Shown here piece by piece: positions 28,252-40,317 of a stretch of 64,000 nucleotides of DNA. The stretch is from Candidatus Izemoplasmatales bacterium. Its GTDB lineage: Bacteria > Bacillota_I > Bacilli_A > Izemoplasmatales > Hujiaoplasmataceae. The notes beneath the pieces were generated by a model. The model saw only the letters and a list, made by a program, of their open reading frames with translations. It was not told where the DNA came from and did no database searches. The stretch's first letter is position 1. The number at the start of each line of letters is the position of its first letter. Both the position numbers and the translations under genes were made by a program. The stretch is from positions 1,216,001 to 1,280,000 of the forward strand of contig JBMNEZ010000001.1 of NCBI GenBank assembly GCA_050949045.1, written 5' to 3'.

Positions 28252-29022
28252 ATGAAAAAGATTGAAAAAGGAACATACGCTATTGTCACAGGTGCTTCTA
28301 GTGGTATTGGAAGGGCAATTGCTTTGGAACTCGCTGCACAAGGAGCGAACCTGATTCTAGTTGCACGCAGAAGAGATCGGCTTGAACAATTAAAAGCCAT
28401 TATTGTTAACAAATACAAAGTCGACACAATCATTTTTGATGAAGATCTCACAAAAGCTGAGAATTGCAAAAACCTTTATGAAAACACTAAGAAATATAAT
28501 GCAGAAATTATTGTGAATAACGCTGGCTTTGGGATATGCGGATTTTTCAGCGAAGGTGATCTTGATCTTGAACTTGAAATGATAAGATTAAACATCGAAT
28601 CATTGCATATATTGACGAAATTATATTTATCAACCATGTCTAAAGGAGTAATTATGAACGTTGCCAGCGTAGCTGGGTTTATACCGACTCCGCTGATGGC
28701 AACGTATGCGGCGACAAAAGCATATGTCAACAATTTCAGCCGCGCTTTGAATTATGAAATGAAAGTGCAAAAAAGAGATATTCGCGTCCTATCGCTATGT
28801 CCCGGTCCAGTAAAAACAGATTTTTGGACTATTGCCAAAGCGAACCAAAGCAAATACGCTTTGCCAGTTGAAAGATGCGCCAGAGCGGCAGTGAAAGGCA
28901 TTATCAATAATAAATTAGTTATCATTCCGGGGAAAATGATGAAATTTGCTCGACTCTTAATAAAGATATTGCCGGTAAATTGGATTTTGCCAACGCTGTA
29001 CAAGATTCAAAAAAGGAAATAA
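28252..29022 (+). CDS. Short-chain dehydrogenase/reductase
   Basis: TGASSGIG, NNAGFG, YAATK, PGPV. Confidence 0.92.
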   Translation: MKKIEKGTYAIVTGASSGIGRAIALELAAQGANLILVARRRDRLEQLKAIIVNKYKVDTIIFDEDLTKAENCKNLYENTKKYNAEIIVNNAGFGICGFFSEGDLDLELEMIRLNIESLHILTKLYLSTMSKGVIMNVASVAGFIPTPLMATYAATKAYVNNFSRALNYEMKVQKRDIRVLSLCPGPVKTDFWTIAKANQSKYALPVERCARAAVKGIINNKLVIIPGKMMKFARLLIKILPVNWILPTLYKIQKRK

Positions 29023-29083
29023 CATACTCACCAGACCGCTCACAAATGGCTAGAAATAGAGAAATATTGTATTGGAGACAACG

Positions 29084-32000
29084 ATGAGTAAGATAACAGA
29101 GTTCATCAAGGATAGGCCAAGTATAAAAACGTTTTTGGATATCTATGATTCGACAAATAAATTGATAACCATCAATGATGCAAGCGAGGAAATTGGCACG
29201 CTTTTAGCGTTGATTACATATCAAAAAAAGCGGAGACCAACCGTTTTAGTGGCTCCAAACCTATATCGGGCTCAGTTGATATACGATAAACTTTGTACTA
29301 TCATTGAGGACAAAGACGTATTGTTTTTCCCCCAAGATGAGTTTGTGACAAGCGAAATGCTTGTATCCTCATCCGAATTCAGGCTTGAACGAATCAATAC
29401 AATGGTCGAACTCTCAAAAAACAACAGTAGAATTATCGTTACTCATCTTCCAGGGATACTCAAACCAACAGTGGCGCCCAACAAATGGATAAAAGCCAAA
29501 TTTAGCCTTTTTATAGATATGGAAATATCTATTGGCCTACTGTCAAAAAGGCTTATCGAAATCGGATACCGGCGCGAATACACAGTTGAAAAAATGGGAG
29601 ACTACAGTGTTCGCGGAGGAATTGTCGATATCTTTCCTTTTAGAAATAAACAGCCGATTAGGCTGGATTTTTTCGGTGATTTTATTGAATCAATCAGGAT
29701 ATTTAATATTGAAACACAACGCTCAGTTGCTAGAGTAGACTCAATTAACATTCTTCCAATGACGGATTTTCTGTTTGATGAAAATGATTTTTTAAAATTA
29801 CGGACAAAGATTGAAAAAATAATAGAATTTGGCGAAACTTCACGCGAAACAACCGACATCATTTTAAATGATTTGGCTAATTTGAGCGCTCGGCGAGACC
29901 TCAGTCGACTTTGTCGGTATTTGCCGATGATGACTGATAAGCACTATACCGTCCTTGATTACATGGATAATCCAGCTGTATTTTTCATCGATCGCAAACG
30001 CGTTGACATCCAGTATGGATTGATGTTTGAAGACATTGCGTCATGGAAGAATAAGAATCGGGATTATTTAGGAATCGATTTTTCATTCATTTATCTGCTT
30101 GAAGAATTAAATATTGATAAAGAAATAAACATTCATTATTTTGATTATAAATCCCAAACAAAGTGTTCCAACGCCATTTCGATACCAGCTCTTGAACCAT
30201 TTAAATTTGGAAACAATCTCAATTTATTTTTAGCGGAGATGAAACAAAAGAATCCGGAATTGACAGTTTTTATCACGTTGAAAAGTCATAAAGCAAGACA
30301 ACAATTATCAGAATCGCTTGCGGATAATTTAATCAGACATTATCTAGTCGGCCCGAAAGATGACCCTTTGACAGGAACGATCAATCTCATCGAAACTGAG
30401 GATTACTTTGATTTATACTCACCCGGGATGTTAGTAGCCGTAATTACTGATGCCGCTTTTGAAGAGCGAAAGGTGCCACAGAAAAAAGGAAAGTATGTTT
30501 CTGTATTCGACAATAGTAAGCGCTTGGGATCAGTCAGCGACCTCAAGCATGGTGATTATATTGTCCATTATGATTATGGCATCGGCCGTTTTTTGGATAT
30601 TGTCACCATGGAATTGGGAAGCACAAAAAACGACTACATTCACCTTGAATATTATAACGGCGACAAGTTATATATTCCGCTTGAATCATTTTCAGAGATT
30701 CAGAAATATTCTGGTAGTGAAGGCTTTATTCCTCGTCTAAGCAAACTTGGCGGAACGGATTGGGAACGAACAAAACTAAGGGTCAAAAAACGCATACGCG
30801 ATATCGCTGACAAACTGATCGCACTCTATTCGGAGAGAGAACGCGCGGAAGGGTTTTCTTACCTTGAGTACAAAGAATTGGAAGCAGATCTCAGGGCAGA
30901 CTTTCCTTACGAAGAAACCGAAGATCAAGTACGCGCGATCGAAGAGATCTATCAAGATATGGCAACGCCAAAACCAATGGACAGACTGTTGTGCGGAGAT
31001 GTCGGATTTGGAAAAACCGAGGTGGCTCTTCGCGCTGCATTCAGGGCGGTATTAAATAATAAACAAGTTGCTTATCTTGCTCCGACGACCGTTCTTTCAA
31101 AACAACATTATCAGACCTTTTCCGACCGTTTGGGAAAGTTTGGCGTTAGGGTAGAACTCTTGAACCGATTCAGCACAAAAAAACAACAGCGGCTGATTTT
31201 ATCGGGTTTACGTGAACATTCGATCGATATTTTGATTGGAACCCATCGGCTTCTTAGTGAAGATGTTGTTTTTAAGGATTTAGGAATGTTAATCGTTGAC
31301 GAAGAACAGCGGTTCGGCGTCGAACACAAGGAAAAAATCAAAGAAATGAAAGTCAGCATTGATGTCTTGTCTCTTTCCGCAACGCCTATACCAAGGACAA
31401 TGCAGATGGCGATCATGGGTGTTAAGGACATGAGTCTCTTAGAAAGCGCACCGGAAAACCGATATCCGATTCAAACGTATGTCCTTGAACAAAACGATTT
31501 GATTATCAAAGATGCGATCGAAAGAGAACTGGCTCGCAAAGGACAGGTGTTCTATCTTTACAACCTAATCGACAATATTGAAAATATTGCCTTTAAACTT
31601 CAAAGGCTCGTTCCTGATGCTGTTATCAGATTTGCTCACGGCAAAATGCTTAAACATGAACTTGAGGATGTGATTGACAAGTTCGTTAATCAAAACATCG
31701 ACGTATTGGTTTCAACGACCATCATCGAAACCGGCATTGACATTCCCAACGCAAACACCCTGATTATCCATGATGCCGATCGGCTTGGTTTGTCACAACT
31801 CTATCAAATCCGCGGTCGGGTTGGACGCAGCGATCGAATTGCCTATGCCTATCTAATGTACAAACGCCAGCGACAGATGACCGAAGATGCCGAAAAAAGA
31901 TTAAAAGTCATCAAAGAATTTACCGAACTTGGAAGCGGATTCAAGATCGCTATCAGAGATCTGTCGATTCGTGGAGCCGGAGACCTTCTCGGAGCCGAGC

Positions 32001-32554
32001 AGTCGGGATTCATTGATTCAGTCGGAATCGATTTGTATTTAAGGATATTGGAAGAAGAAATCAAAGAAAAACAAGGACAAACAAGCAGTAAAAAAGAAAT
32101 GATGCCAATAAAAGCCACAGTCTCCCGCTACATTGACAAAAATTATATCTCAGACGATTTTGTAAAAATAGAAATGCACAAAAAAATCAGCGCTGTCGAG
32201 AGTATAAGTGAAATTCAAGACCTTTTGGACGAATTTAAGGATCGCTTTGGCAAATATGATCTTGAATTGGAGATATATATCTATGAACGTTTATTTGAAA
32301 AGTTGGCAGCAAGAATGGGAGTAGACAAAATGTTAGAGAAAAAAAACAATATCACATTGATCCTTTCAGAAGAAGCCAGCAACAAGATTGCGGGAGACAA
32401 GCTGTTTCGTTCAGGGATGAAGGTATCGAGATTCATCCGTTTTGCCTATAAAAACAACCGGCTCCAGATTATTCTCGATACCGTTGGACTTGATCGACAC
32501 TGGCTCTATACGATGGTTGGTTTTCTAGAACAGCTCACCGTAGAATTGTTGTAA
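29084..32554 (+). CDS. mfd: Transcription-repair coupling factor
   Basis: RGGIVDIF, H.DYGIGRF, CGDVGFGKTEVA, DEEQRFGV, SATPIPRT, QIRGRVGRS, GDLLGAEQSG. Confidence 0.96.
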   Translation: MSKITEFIKDRPSIKTFLDIYDSTNKLITINDASEEIGTLLALITYQKKRRPTVLVAPNLYRAQLIYDKLCTIIEDKDVLFFPQDEFVTSEMLVSSSEFRLERINTMVELSKNNSRIIVTHLPGILKPTVAPNKWIKAKFSLFIDMEISIGLLSKRLIEIGYRREYTVEKMGDYSVRGGIVDIFPFRNKQPIRLDFFGDFIESIRIFNIETQRSVARVDSINILPMTDFLFDENDFLKLRTKIEKIIEFGETSRETTDIILNDLANLSARRDLSRLCRYLPMMTDKHYTVLDYMDNPAVFFIDRKRVDIQYGLMFEDIASWKNKNRDYLGIDFSFIYLLEELNIDKEINIHYFDYKSQTKCSNAISIPALEPFKFGNNLNLFLAEMKQKNPELTVFITLKSHKARQQLSESLADNLIRHYLVGPKDDPLTGTINLIETEDYFDLYSPGMLVAVITDAAFEERKVPQKKGKYVSVFDNSKRLGSVSDLKHGDYIVHYDYGIGRFLDIVTMELGSTKNDYIHLEYYNGDKLYIPLESFSEIQKYSGSEGFIPRLSKLGGTDWERTKLRVKKRIRDIADKLIALYSERERAEGFSYLEYKELEADLRADFPYEETEDQVRAIEEIYQDMATPKPMDRLLCGDVGFGKTEVALRAAFRAVLNNKQVAYLAPTTVLSKQHYQTFSDRLGKFGVRVELLNRFSTKKQQRLILSGLREHSIDILIGTHRLLSEDVVFKDLGMLIVDEEQRFGVEHKEKIKEMKVSIDVLSLSATPIPRTMQMAIMGVKDMSLLESAPENRYPIQTYVLEQNDLIIKDAIERELARKGQVFYLYNLIDNIENIAFKLQRLVPDAVIRFAHGKMLKHELEDVIDKFVNQNIDVLVSTTIIETGIDIPNANTLIIHDADRLGLSQLYQIRGRVGRSDRIAYAYLMYKRQRQMTEDAEKRLKVIKEFTELGSGFKIAIRDLSIRGAGDLLGAEQSGFIDSVGIDLYLRILEEEIKEKQGQTSSKKEMMPIKATVSRYIDKNYISDDFVKIEMHKKISAVESISEIQDLLDEFKDRFGKYDLELEIYIYERLFEKLAARMGVDKMLEKKNNITLILSEEASNKIAGDKLFRSGMKVSRFIRFAYKNNRLQIILDTVGLDRHWLYTMVGFLEQLTVELL

Positions 32555-32560
32555 TATCAA

Positions 32561-32590
32561 AATAGGCAGAACAGATACTGCCTGTTTTTT
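32561..32590 (+). terminator. Intrinsic terminator after mfd
   Basis: AGGCAG...CTGCCT stem plus T-tract. Confidence 0.75.
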
Positions 32591-32624
32591 ATTTGATTTA
32601 ACCCGATTGAATCTGTAAAAAACG

Positions 32625-32653
32625 TTGAAAATTATATAATTATATTATATAAT
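32625..32653 (+). promoter_or_regulatory. SigA promoter of yaaA-recF-gyrB-gyrA
   Basis: TTGAAA-17 nt-TATAAT. Confidence 0.7.
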
Positions 32654-32704
32654 ACATATTAAAGAACTAATATTTTTTATGATAGATCGGATAGGGGGTA
32701 AACG

Positions 32705-32917
32705 ATGAAAACAATTCAAATCAATACCCCTTTTATTACGCTTGGACAACTATTAAAATTTGCCGGTATAATCAATAACGGCGGTGAGGCTAAAGGGTTT
32801 CTAAGAGCGAACAGAATTACGATCAACGATGAAGTTGATAACCGCAGAGGCAAGAAAATCCATCCCGGCGACAAGGTCACTATCAACGATAAAATCGAAT
32901 TGTTGATAAGCAAATAA
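32705..32917 (+). CDS. yaaA: S4-domain protein YaaA
   Basis: FITLGQLLK, GGEAK, RRGKKI.PGD; precedes recF. Confidence 0.92.
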   Translation: MKTIQINTPFITLGQLLKFAGIINNGGEAKGFLRANRITINDEVDNRRGKKIHPGDKVTINDKIELLISK

Positions 32918-32920
32918 ATT

Positions 32921-34018
32921 ATGATAATCGACAAAATTACCCTAACCAATTTCCGAAACTATCAGAAACAGACATTGGCCCTTGGTTCGGGCATTAATTT
33001 TATTATCGGGGCGAACGGCGAAGGAAAAACAAACTTTCTTGAGGCAATTTATGTGTTGGCAATGGCCAAATCATACAAAGTCGAAGATCAGGATCTAATC
33101 AGGTTCAACGAGGAATTTGCCAAGATTCAAGCATCAATTGTTAATAACAAACTAAAAACAGAATTGACTTTGATCATATCAGAAATTGGAAAGCGTGCCC
33201 TAGCCAACGACAAAGAAGTCAAACGGCTCAGTGAGTATATCGGGCATTTATACATTGTGTCGTTTCTTCCCGAGGACATGAACTTGATCAAAGGGTCTCC
33301 AAAAGACAGGCGCTATTACTTTGATGTTTTCTTAGGGCAAATAGACAAAGAATATCTAAGGGATCTCGCCGATTATAAACGCCTAGTCAGACAAAGAAAT
33401 GAATTGCTCAAAAAAATGTCGGACGCCGAGAATAATGATGAAACACTACTTGATGTTATCACCGAACAACTAGCAAAGAATATCGATATTATTTCAAAGC
33501 GCAGATCGGCGCTAATAGCCGATATCAACCGTCAAATACAAGAAGCATATCATCAATTAACGCAACTGGAAAAGAACTTCAAACTTGAATATCTGCCTTC
33601 GATCACAGAATCTGACACTAGCAAATATCTAAAATCCAGATATAGACAAGATCTTGTCTCCGGAGCCACAAACTATGGCTCTCACAGAGACGATTATGAA
33701 TTCATTCTTGACAGCATGCCGGCAAGGCTACATGCCTCCCAAGGCGAACAAAGGGCAATGATTATCGCCCTCAACATCGCTCTTTCCAACATTGTCAACA
33801 AAACCAAGCATTCAAGGCCGGTTTTCCTGCTCGATGATGTCTTCTCCGAATTGGATCAAAAGCGTCAAAATAGACTGCTTGAATGCTTGTTGGGCACTAA
33901 TGCGCAAACGATCATTACCACAACCGGATTTCAGGACATCGCGGATCGATATCTGAAAACCGGAAAAATCTTTCGTGTAAGAAAGGGTTATATCAAGGAG
34001 GAAAGCTTCAATGGCTGA
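32921..34018 (+). CDS. recF: DNA replication/repair protein RecF
   Basis: [35 protein letters not shown]. Confidence 0.95.
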   Translation: MIIDKITLTNFRNYQKQTLALGSGINFIIGANGEGKTNFLEAIYVLAMAKSYKVEDQDLIRFNEEFAKIQASIVNNKLKTELTLIISEIGKRALANDKEVKRLSEYIGHLYIVSFLPEDMNLIKGSPKDRRYYFDVFLGQIDKEYLRDLADYKRLVRQRNELLKKMSDAENNDETLLDVITEQLAKNIDIISKRRSALIADINRQIQEAYHQLTQLEKNFKLEYLPSITESDTSKYLKSRYRQDLVSGATNYGSHRDDYEFILDSMPARLHASQGEQRAMIIALNIALSNIVNKTKHSRPVFLLDDVFSELDQKRQNRLLECLLGTNAQTIITTTGFQDIADRYLKTGKIFRVRKGYIKEESFNG

Positions 34019-35921
34019 TTTAGAATCAACATACAACTCCAGCAATATCCAGATCCTTGAGGGGCTGGAAGCTGTTAGAAAAAGACCGGCGATGTACATT
34101 GGCACAACCGGACCAAGGGGACTTCATCACCTTGTTTGGGAAATAGTTGACAATTCTGTCGATGAGGCGCTTGCGGGTTATGCGGACAGCATCCATGTCG
34201 AGATACTTCCGGAAAATTATATCCGAGTCCAAGACAACGGCAGGGGCATTCCTGTCGATATCCACCCCAAAACAGGGCGGCCGACAGTCGAAACCGTCTA
34301 CACCGTGCTTCATGCAGGGGGGAAGTTTGACCACAAATCCTACAAAGTATCAGGAGGGCTTCACGGCGTCGGCGCCGCTGTCGTCAACGGCCTTAGTAAA
34401 TTTCTCCGTATCGAAACTCACAAAGACGGCAAGATATACACCATCGAATTTGAAAGAGGAGAAGTCAAGCGAGAATTAAAGTATGAAGGCGACACTCAGT
34501 CAAGCGGAACTGTCGTCACGTTTTTAGCCGATCCGGAAATTTTTACCGAATCGCAGGAGTACGAATTTGAAACATTGAGAAACCGCATCCAACAACTCGC
34601 GTTTTTGAACAAAGGAATTCAATTCATGATTTCCGACGAGCGGAATCCTGAAAATAAAATCCATAAACAATACCGCTACGAGGGCGGTGTCAAAGAATAT
34701 GTCTGCTTTTTGAATTCAGGCAAAGACCTGGTTCACCCCATGGTGGCCTATTTCGAAGGCGAGCAAGAAGGGATCACTGTTGAAATAGCGATGCAGTATA
34801 ACAATGGATACGCGGCTAATATTTACCCATTCACCAACAACATCACCAACGCCGAAGGCGGGACTCATGAAGAAGGGTTCAAGACGACACTCACCCGCAT
34901 TCTTAACAATTACGGCAAAAACTCCAATATCTTCCGTAAAGACGAAACTCTGCTTGGCGAAGATACAAGAGAAGGACTTGTAGCCATCATTTCTGTGAAA
35001 CATCCCGATCCGCAGTTTGAGGGACAGACAAAATCAAAATTGGGATCCTCCGATGCCCGTAGAGCGGTTTCCAATATTATGAGCGAGGGTTTAGAAAGAT
35101 TTCTCTTGGAAAATCCAACAGCGGCAAAAGCAATCCTTGAAAAGACTTTGGTAGCGCAAAGGTCTCGACTCGCAGCCAAGAAGGCAAGAGAGCTCACCAG
35201 AAGGAAATCGCCGCTCGATTCGCTTGGTTTTGCCTCTAAATTGGCAGATTGCCGTTCAAAAGATGCACAAAAATCAGAAATATATATCGTTGAGGGCGAT
35301 TCTGCCGGCGGTTCCGCCAAACAAGGGAGAGACTCAGAATATCAAGCGATTCTGCCATTACGCGGAAAAGTTTTGAATGTCGAGAAAGCAAGACTTGACA
35401 AGGTTCTGCAAAACAAGGAGATATTATCGATGATTCAAGCTTTCGGCACAGGGATCGGCGAGGATTTTCAAGTCGAGAACACCCGATACCATAAAATCAT
35501 CATCATGACCGATGCCGACGTCGACGGAGCCCATATCAGGACATTGCTCTTGACTTTCTTTTTCCGCTATATGAGACCTTTGATTGAAAAAGGGTATATA
35601 TACATTGCCCAACCGCCTCTTTTCAAAATTCAACAAGGGAAACAGATTCAGTACGCTTATGATGAAAAAGAGCTTGAGCGCATCCTTAAAGAGCTGAACG
35701 GCAAGCCAACCCTGCAACGATACAAAGGCCTTGGAGAAATGAATCCGGAACAACTGTGGGAGACGACCATGAATCCGGAGACAAGGACATTGTTACAAGT
35801 GAATCTAGAGGACGCAATCGAAGCGGACCGCATCTTCTCGATGCTGATGGGCGAAGATGTTCTCAGCAGAAAAGAATTTATTCAGGAAAATGCGAAATTT
35901 GTTTGCAACCTTGATTTTTAG
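34011..35921 (+). CDS. gyrB: DNA gyrase subunit B
   Basis: [43 protein letters not shown]. Confidence 0.96.
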   Translation: MADLESTYNSSNIQILEGLEAVRKRPAMYIGTTGPRGLHHLVWEIVDNSVDEALAGYADSIHVEILPENYIRVQDNGRGIPVDIHPKTGRPTVETVYTVLHAGGKFDHKSYKVSGGLHGVGAAVVNGLSKFLRIETHKDGKIYTIEFERGEVKRELKYEGDTQSSGTVVTFLADPEIFTESQEYEFETLRNRIQQLAFLNKGIQFMISDERNPENKIHKQYRYEGGVKEYVCFLNSGKDLVHPMVAYFEGEQEGITVEIAMQYNNGYAANIYPFTNNITNAEGGTHEEGFKTTLTRILNNYGKNSNIFRKDETLLGEDTREGLVAIISVKHPDPQFEGQTKSKLGSSDARRAVSNIMSEGLERFLLENPTAAKAILEKTLVAQRSRLAAKKARELTRRKSPLDSLGFASKLADCRSKDAQKSEIYIVEGDSAGGSAKQGRDSEYQAILPLRGKVLNVEKARLDKVLQNKEILSMIQAFGTGIGEDFQVENTRYHKIIIMTDADVDGAHIRTLLLTFFFRYMRPLIEKGYIYIAQPPLFKIQQGKQIQYAYDEKELERILKELNGKPTLQRYKGLGEMNPEQLWETTMNPETRTLLQVNLEDAIEADRIFSMLMGEDVLSRKEFIQENAKFVCNLDF

Positions 35922-35930
35922 GAGGACATC

Positions 35931-38558
35931 ATGGACTTGATGAACGAAAACAAGAAAAATAACAAGATCATTGAAATCAAACTTGCAAGCGAAATGAAAA
36001 GTTCGTTCCTTAGTTATGCGATGAGCGTAATTGTATCCCGAGCGCTCCCTGATGTCAGGGACGGACTCAAACCGGTTCACCGCCGCATTCTTTATGGCAT
36101 GGATGAACTTGGGGTATATCCTGACAAACAATATAAAAAATCGGCGCGTATAGTCGGCGATGTCATGGGCAAGTATCATCCCCACGGAGATTCGGCAATC
36201 TATGACTCGATGGTACGCATGGCCCAAGATTTCAGTTACCGGTATCCTCTCGTCAATGGACACGGCAACTTTGGATCCATTGATGGCGATGGTGCTGCCG
36301 CCATGCGTTACACCGAAGCCAAAATGGAAAAAATCACTGTCGAAATGCTGAAGGACATCAGAAAAGACACGGTCGATTTTATTGATAACTATGACGGCTC
36401 AGAAAAAGAACCCTGTGTTTTGCCATCCAAATTTCCAAATATTCTCGTCAACGGCTCTTCGGGAATCGCCGTTGGCATGGCGACCAACATTCCACCCCAC
36501 AATCTTGGAGAAGTCATTGATGGCTATATCGCTTATATCAAAAATCCGGAAATTTCCGATGACGAATTGATGGATTTTATTAAAGGGCCAGACTTTCCAA
36601 CCGGCGGCGTCATTCTTGGCCTTTCCGGTATCAGAGAGGCTTATGCCACTGGGAAAGGGATTATCAGAGTCAAAGCCAAAACCGAAACGATTGAACACGC
36701 TTCAGGGAAAAAGACGATCATTGTCAAGGAAATACCTTATCAAGTCAACAAAACCACTCTAATTGAAAGAATCGCTGAATTGGCGAAAGACAAAAAAATC
36801 GACGGGATTACTGATTTACGCGACGAATCGAATCACAAGGGAATGCGTGTCGTCATAGAACTCAGGCGCGATGTCAATCCAGAAGTTTTGCTAAATAACC
36901 TCTATAAGAACTCTCAGATGCAAATCTCCTTCGGCGTCAATATGATTGCCCTTGTGAATGACAAGCCGGAAATGCTGTCGCTCAAACAAGTTATTGAACA
37001 CTATTTCCAACACCAGACCGAAGTGCTGATCCGCAAGACCAAATTCGATCTTGACAAAGCTGTTCAAAGAGAACACCTTTTGAATGGTTTCATCCTTGCG
37101 CTCGACAATATCGAAAGAGTCATCAAGATCATCCGCGATTCATATGACGATACCGAACAACGCCTGATAGCCGATTTTGGTTTCAGCGAGGTTCAGGCCA
37201 AAGCCATTCTCGCGATGCAATTAAGGCGGCTTTCAGGACTTGAAAGAGACAAACTGCATCAAGAGAAAACCGACTTGGTAAAAGCAATTGATTTCTATAA
37301 TCAAATTCTGTCAAGCACCAAAATGCAACACCAGATTCTTATTGAAGAAGCAAAAGAAATCAAAGAAAAATATGGCGATTCGCGAAGAACCGAAATCGAC
37401 CCCTTTGGTGAATACGATATCGAAAACGAGGATCTCATTCCGGTCGAGGAAGTAATCGTTGTCATTACCACCAACGGCTATGTGAAGCGAATGAAAACTG
37501 ATGAGTATCGTTCTCAAAACCGTGGCGGGAAAGGAAAAACAGGCATGAAAATCAACGAAGATGATGTCATTGGCCAGATCATTTGGACCTCCACCCACGA
37601 CTACCTTTTGTTTTTTACTTCACTAGGCAGAGTTTACAAGATAAAAGGCTACAAAATCCCTGAATATGGGCGTAGCTCCAAAGGAATCCCCATCGTCAAT
37701 CTTTTAAATCTCGCCAAAGAGGAACAACTTGCGGCGGCCATGAGCGTTAATAATTTCAACGAAGGCTATCTTTTCTTTACAACTAAAAACGGGGTCGTCA
37801 AGAGAACCAAAGTTTCTGACTTTCAAAATATCCGTCAAAACGGCATCCGTGCAATTTCAATGAGACCAAACGACGAACTTCACAGCGTTAAACTGACCGA
37901 TGGCAAGCGTGAAATCCTGATCGGCGCCTCGAACGGAAAAGCTATCCGCTTCCTCGAAACCGATGTGCGTTCAATGGGTAGAAACGCCGCCGGCGTCAAA
38001 GGAATCGATCTTAAAGACGATGAGGAAGTCGTCGGCGCCACCACCATCGACACCGAACGAAACGAAGTGCTTGCGATTACCAAATTCGGTTATGGCAAGC
38101 GGACTATTATTGATGAATACCGTCTTCAAAACCGTGGTGGCAAAGGGGTAAAAACGATAAATGTCACCGACAAGAACGGCCCATTGAAAAAATTGATCAG
38201 CGTCGTCGGCGACGAAGATCTCTTTGTCGTCACCGATAAAGGAATGATCATTCGAACTCCGATTGACCAGATTGCCCAAACCAAACGCTCCACTCAAGGA
38301 GTGAAAGTTATCGATCTTGTCGAGGGCCATCAGGTCGCAACGATCGCCATTGTCCCCAAACAGGAATGCGAAGAAGGGGAAATATGTGAAGAAAATGATA
38401 ATGATGAGATTGTTCCTAATGACAAGGGTGATATAATTAAAGAAACCGAATCATTTTCGCTTTCACAATATAAAGACTTACTTCAAGACGACGAGGAAGA
38501 AGAATCTGAAACCGATACGATTGAAGACATCAACGACATTCTCGGTGACAGCTATTAG
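35931..38558 (+). CDS. gyrA: DNA gyrase subunit A
   Basis: [21 protein letters not shown], GyrA-box QNRGGKG, long acidic tail. Confidence 0.96.
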   Translation: MDLMNENKKNNKIIEIKLASEMKSSFLSYAMSVIVSRALPDVRDGLKPVHRRILYGMDELGVYPDKQYKKSARIVGDVMGKYHPHGDSAIYDSMVRMAQDFSYRYPLVNGHGNFGSIDGDGAAAMRYTEAKMEKITVEMLKDIRKDTVDFIDNYDGSEKEPCVLPSKFPNILVNGSSGIAVGMATNIPPHNLGEVIDGYIAYIKNPEISDDELMDFIKGPDFPTGGVILGLSGIREAYATGKGIIRVKAKTETIEHASGKKTIIVKEIPYQVNKTTLIERIAELAKDKKIDGITDLRDESNHKGMRVVIELRRDVNPEVLLNNLYKNSQMQISFGVNMIALVNDKPEMLSLKQVIEHYFQHQTEVLIRKTKFDLDKAVQREHLLNGFILALDNIERVIKIIRDSYDDTEQRLIADFGFSEVQAKAILAMQLRRLSGLERDKLHQEKTDLVKAIDFYNQILSSTKMQHQILIEEAKEIKEKYGDSRRTEIDPFGEYDIENEDLIPVEEVIVVITTNGYVKRMKTDEYRSQNRGGKGKTGMKINEDDVIGQIIWTSTHDYLLFFTSLGRVYKIKGYKIPEYGRSSKGIPIVNLLNLAKEEQLAAAMSVNNFNEGYLFFTTKNGVVKRTKVSDFQNIRQNGIRAISMRPNDELHSVKLTDGKREILIGASNGKAIRFLETDVRSMGRNAAGVKGIDLKDDEEVVGATTIDTERNEVLAITKFGYGKRTIIDEYRLQNRGGKGVKTINVTDKNGPLKKLISVVGDEDLFVVTDKGMIIRTPIDQIAQTKRSTQGVKVIDLVEGHQVATIAIVPKQECEEGEICEENDNDEIVPNDKGDIIKETESFSLSQYKDLLQDDEEEESETDTIEDINDILGDSY

Positions 38559-38573
38559 AAGGAGTTATGACCA

Positions 38574-39848
38574 ATGCTTGACATCAAATTGATCCGCGAG
38601 CAGACAGATTGGGTGATTGAACTTCTCAACCGCAGGGGAGGCGATCATTCATATTTGAAGGACCTCGTGGAAAAAGATCGTTCCAGACGGGAAAAGATCC
38701 TCGAAAGCGAAATGCTCAAAGCGAAAAAAAACGAAGCCTCCCGGACTATAGGAAAGTACAAGCGCGATGGGCTTGACACAACCGCAATCATTAAAGAAAT
38801 CGATAGTTATTCAGAACGGATTGTCAGTCTTGATGAGTCCATCAGGGTTTTAGATGAGGAAATCAGAAACACGCTTCTCATAACCCCGAATCTTCCCGAT
38901 GAGACGATTCCGATCGGAGCGGACGACTCTTTTAACAAAGAGATCAAACGCCATCTCGAACCGACGAAGTTCTCTTTTCCCGTCAAATCGCATTATGATC
39001 TCGGCGAAGCCCTAGACATTCTTGATTTCAACCGTGCCGGCAAGATTTCCGGATCACGTTTCGTCGTTTATAAAGGCCTTGGAGCCCGCCTTGAAAGAGC
39101 GTTGATCCAATTCATGATGGATCTTCACGCCGATTTTCACGGATATCGGGAAATTATGCCGCCGTATGCTATCAACGAAGCTTCAATGTATGCTTCCGGC
39201 CAATTTCCCAAATTTATCGATGAAGCGTTCAAATTGAATGATGAACGAAATTTATATTTAAATCCAACAGCTGAAGTTCCGACCATCAACCTTCATCGCG
39301 ATGAAGTTTTGAACAAAGACTCATTGCCAATCAAATATGTTGCCTACACCACGGCGTTCCGCAAGGAAGCCGGATCAGCAGGCAAAGACACTCGCGGGAT
39401 TCTAAGACAACACCAATTCAACAAAGTCGAACTAATCAAATTCACCAAACCGGAAGAATCCCAGATCGAACACGATTTAATGCTCAAGGATTCTGAAAGT
39501 GTGCTCCAGATACTCGGGCTTCCCTATCGTGTTGTCGTCTTGTCGACCGGCGATCTCGGGTTTTCGATGCAAAAGACTTATGATATCGAAGTTTGGTTGC
39601 CCTCAGAGAACCGCTACCGCGAAATCGGCTCGATTTCCAATGCCGGCGACTATCAGGCGCGTCGGGCAAACATCAAATTTAGGCGTGAAATTGATCAAAA
39701 ACTGGAATATGTTCACATCTTAAATGGCTCCGGGCTGGCTGTTGGCAGAACCGTGATCGCAATCATGGAAAACTACCAACAAGCCGATGGATCGATCAAG
39801 ATTCCCGAAGCCTTGATCAAATACATGGGAGTAGTCGAAATAAAATAA
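38574..39848 (+). CDS. serS: Serine--tRNA ligase
   Basis: MLDIKLIR, PTAEVP, FRKEAGSAG, RQHQFNKVE, LNGSGLAVGR. Confidence 0.97.
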   Translation: MLDIKLIREQTDWVIELLNRRGGDHSYLKDLVEKDRSRREKILESEMLKAKKNEASRTIGKYKRDGLDTTAIIKEIDSYSERIVSLDESIRVLDEEIRNTLLITPNLPDETIPIGADDSFNKEIKRHLEPTKFSFPVKSHYDLGEALDILDFNRAGKISGSRFVVYKGLGARLERALIQFMMDLHADFHGYREIMPPYAINEASMYASGQFPKFIDEAFKLNDERNLYLNPTAEVPTINLHRDEVLNKDSLPIKYVAYTTAFRKEAGSAGKDTRGILRQHQFNKVELIKFTKPEESQIEHDLMLKDSESVLQILGLPYRVVVLSTGDLGFSMQKTYDIEVWLPSENRYREIGSISNAGDYQARRANIKFRREIDQKLEYVHILNGSGLAVGRTVIAIMENYQQADGSIKIPEALIKYMGVVEIK

Positions 39849-39901
39849 AAAACCTCCAAAACAATTGGAGGCATGAATCAATACAAATCAACGGAAAGGG
39901 C

Positions 39902-40315
39902 TCATTCGAGCTCTTTTTTGATTTTATCCAAAATAGTTAAATAGGTATCTTTTGATATCTCTTGTTTTTGAGCGGGCGCTTCAATGATGAAATTATCGCT
40001 TTCATAGCGAGGGATGAGATGTATGTGGAAATGAAAAACAGATTGAAGCGGCTTCTCGGTGTTGATGATAATATTGAGTCCAATTGGATCAAAAGCCCGT
40101 TTAAGTGCGTTTGCCAATCGTGGCAGTTTTTTGAAAAGCCTCTGGGCGAGATTTTCATCAAGTTCATAAAGATTGCGACAGTGTGTCTTGGGAATCAGGA
40201 GCGCGTGCCCCTTAGTGGCTTGCGAGATATCAAGAATCGCGATCATATCCTCGTCCTCGTAAAATTTATAACTTGGTATTTCACCGTTGATGATTCGGCA
40301 GAAGATGCAGTCCAT
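39902..40315 (-). CDS. HIT family nucleotide hydrolase
   Basis: CIFCRII.GEIP, GHALLIPK, HFHIHLIPR. Confidence 0.93.
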   Translation of the reverse strand: MDCIFCRIINGEIPSYKFYEDEDMIAILDISQATKGHALLIPKTHCRNLYELDENLAQRLFKKLPRLANALKRAFDPIGLNIIINTEKPLQSVFHFHIHLIPRYESDNFIIEAPAQKQEISKDTYLTILDKIKKELE

Positions 40316-40317
40316 AT

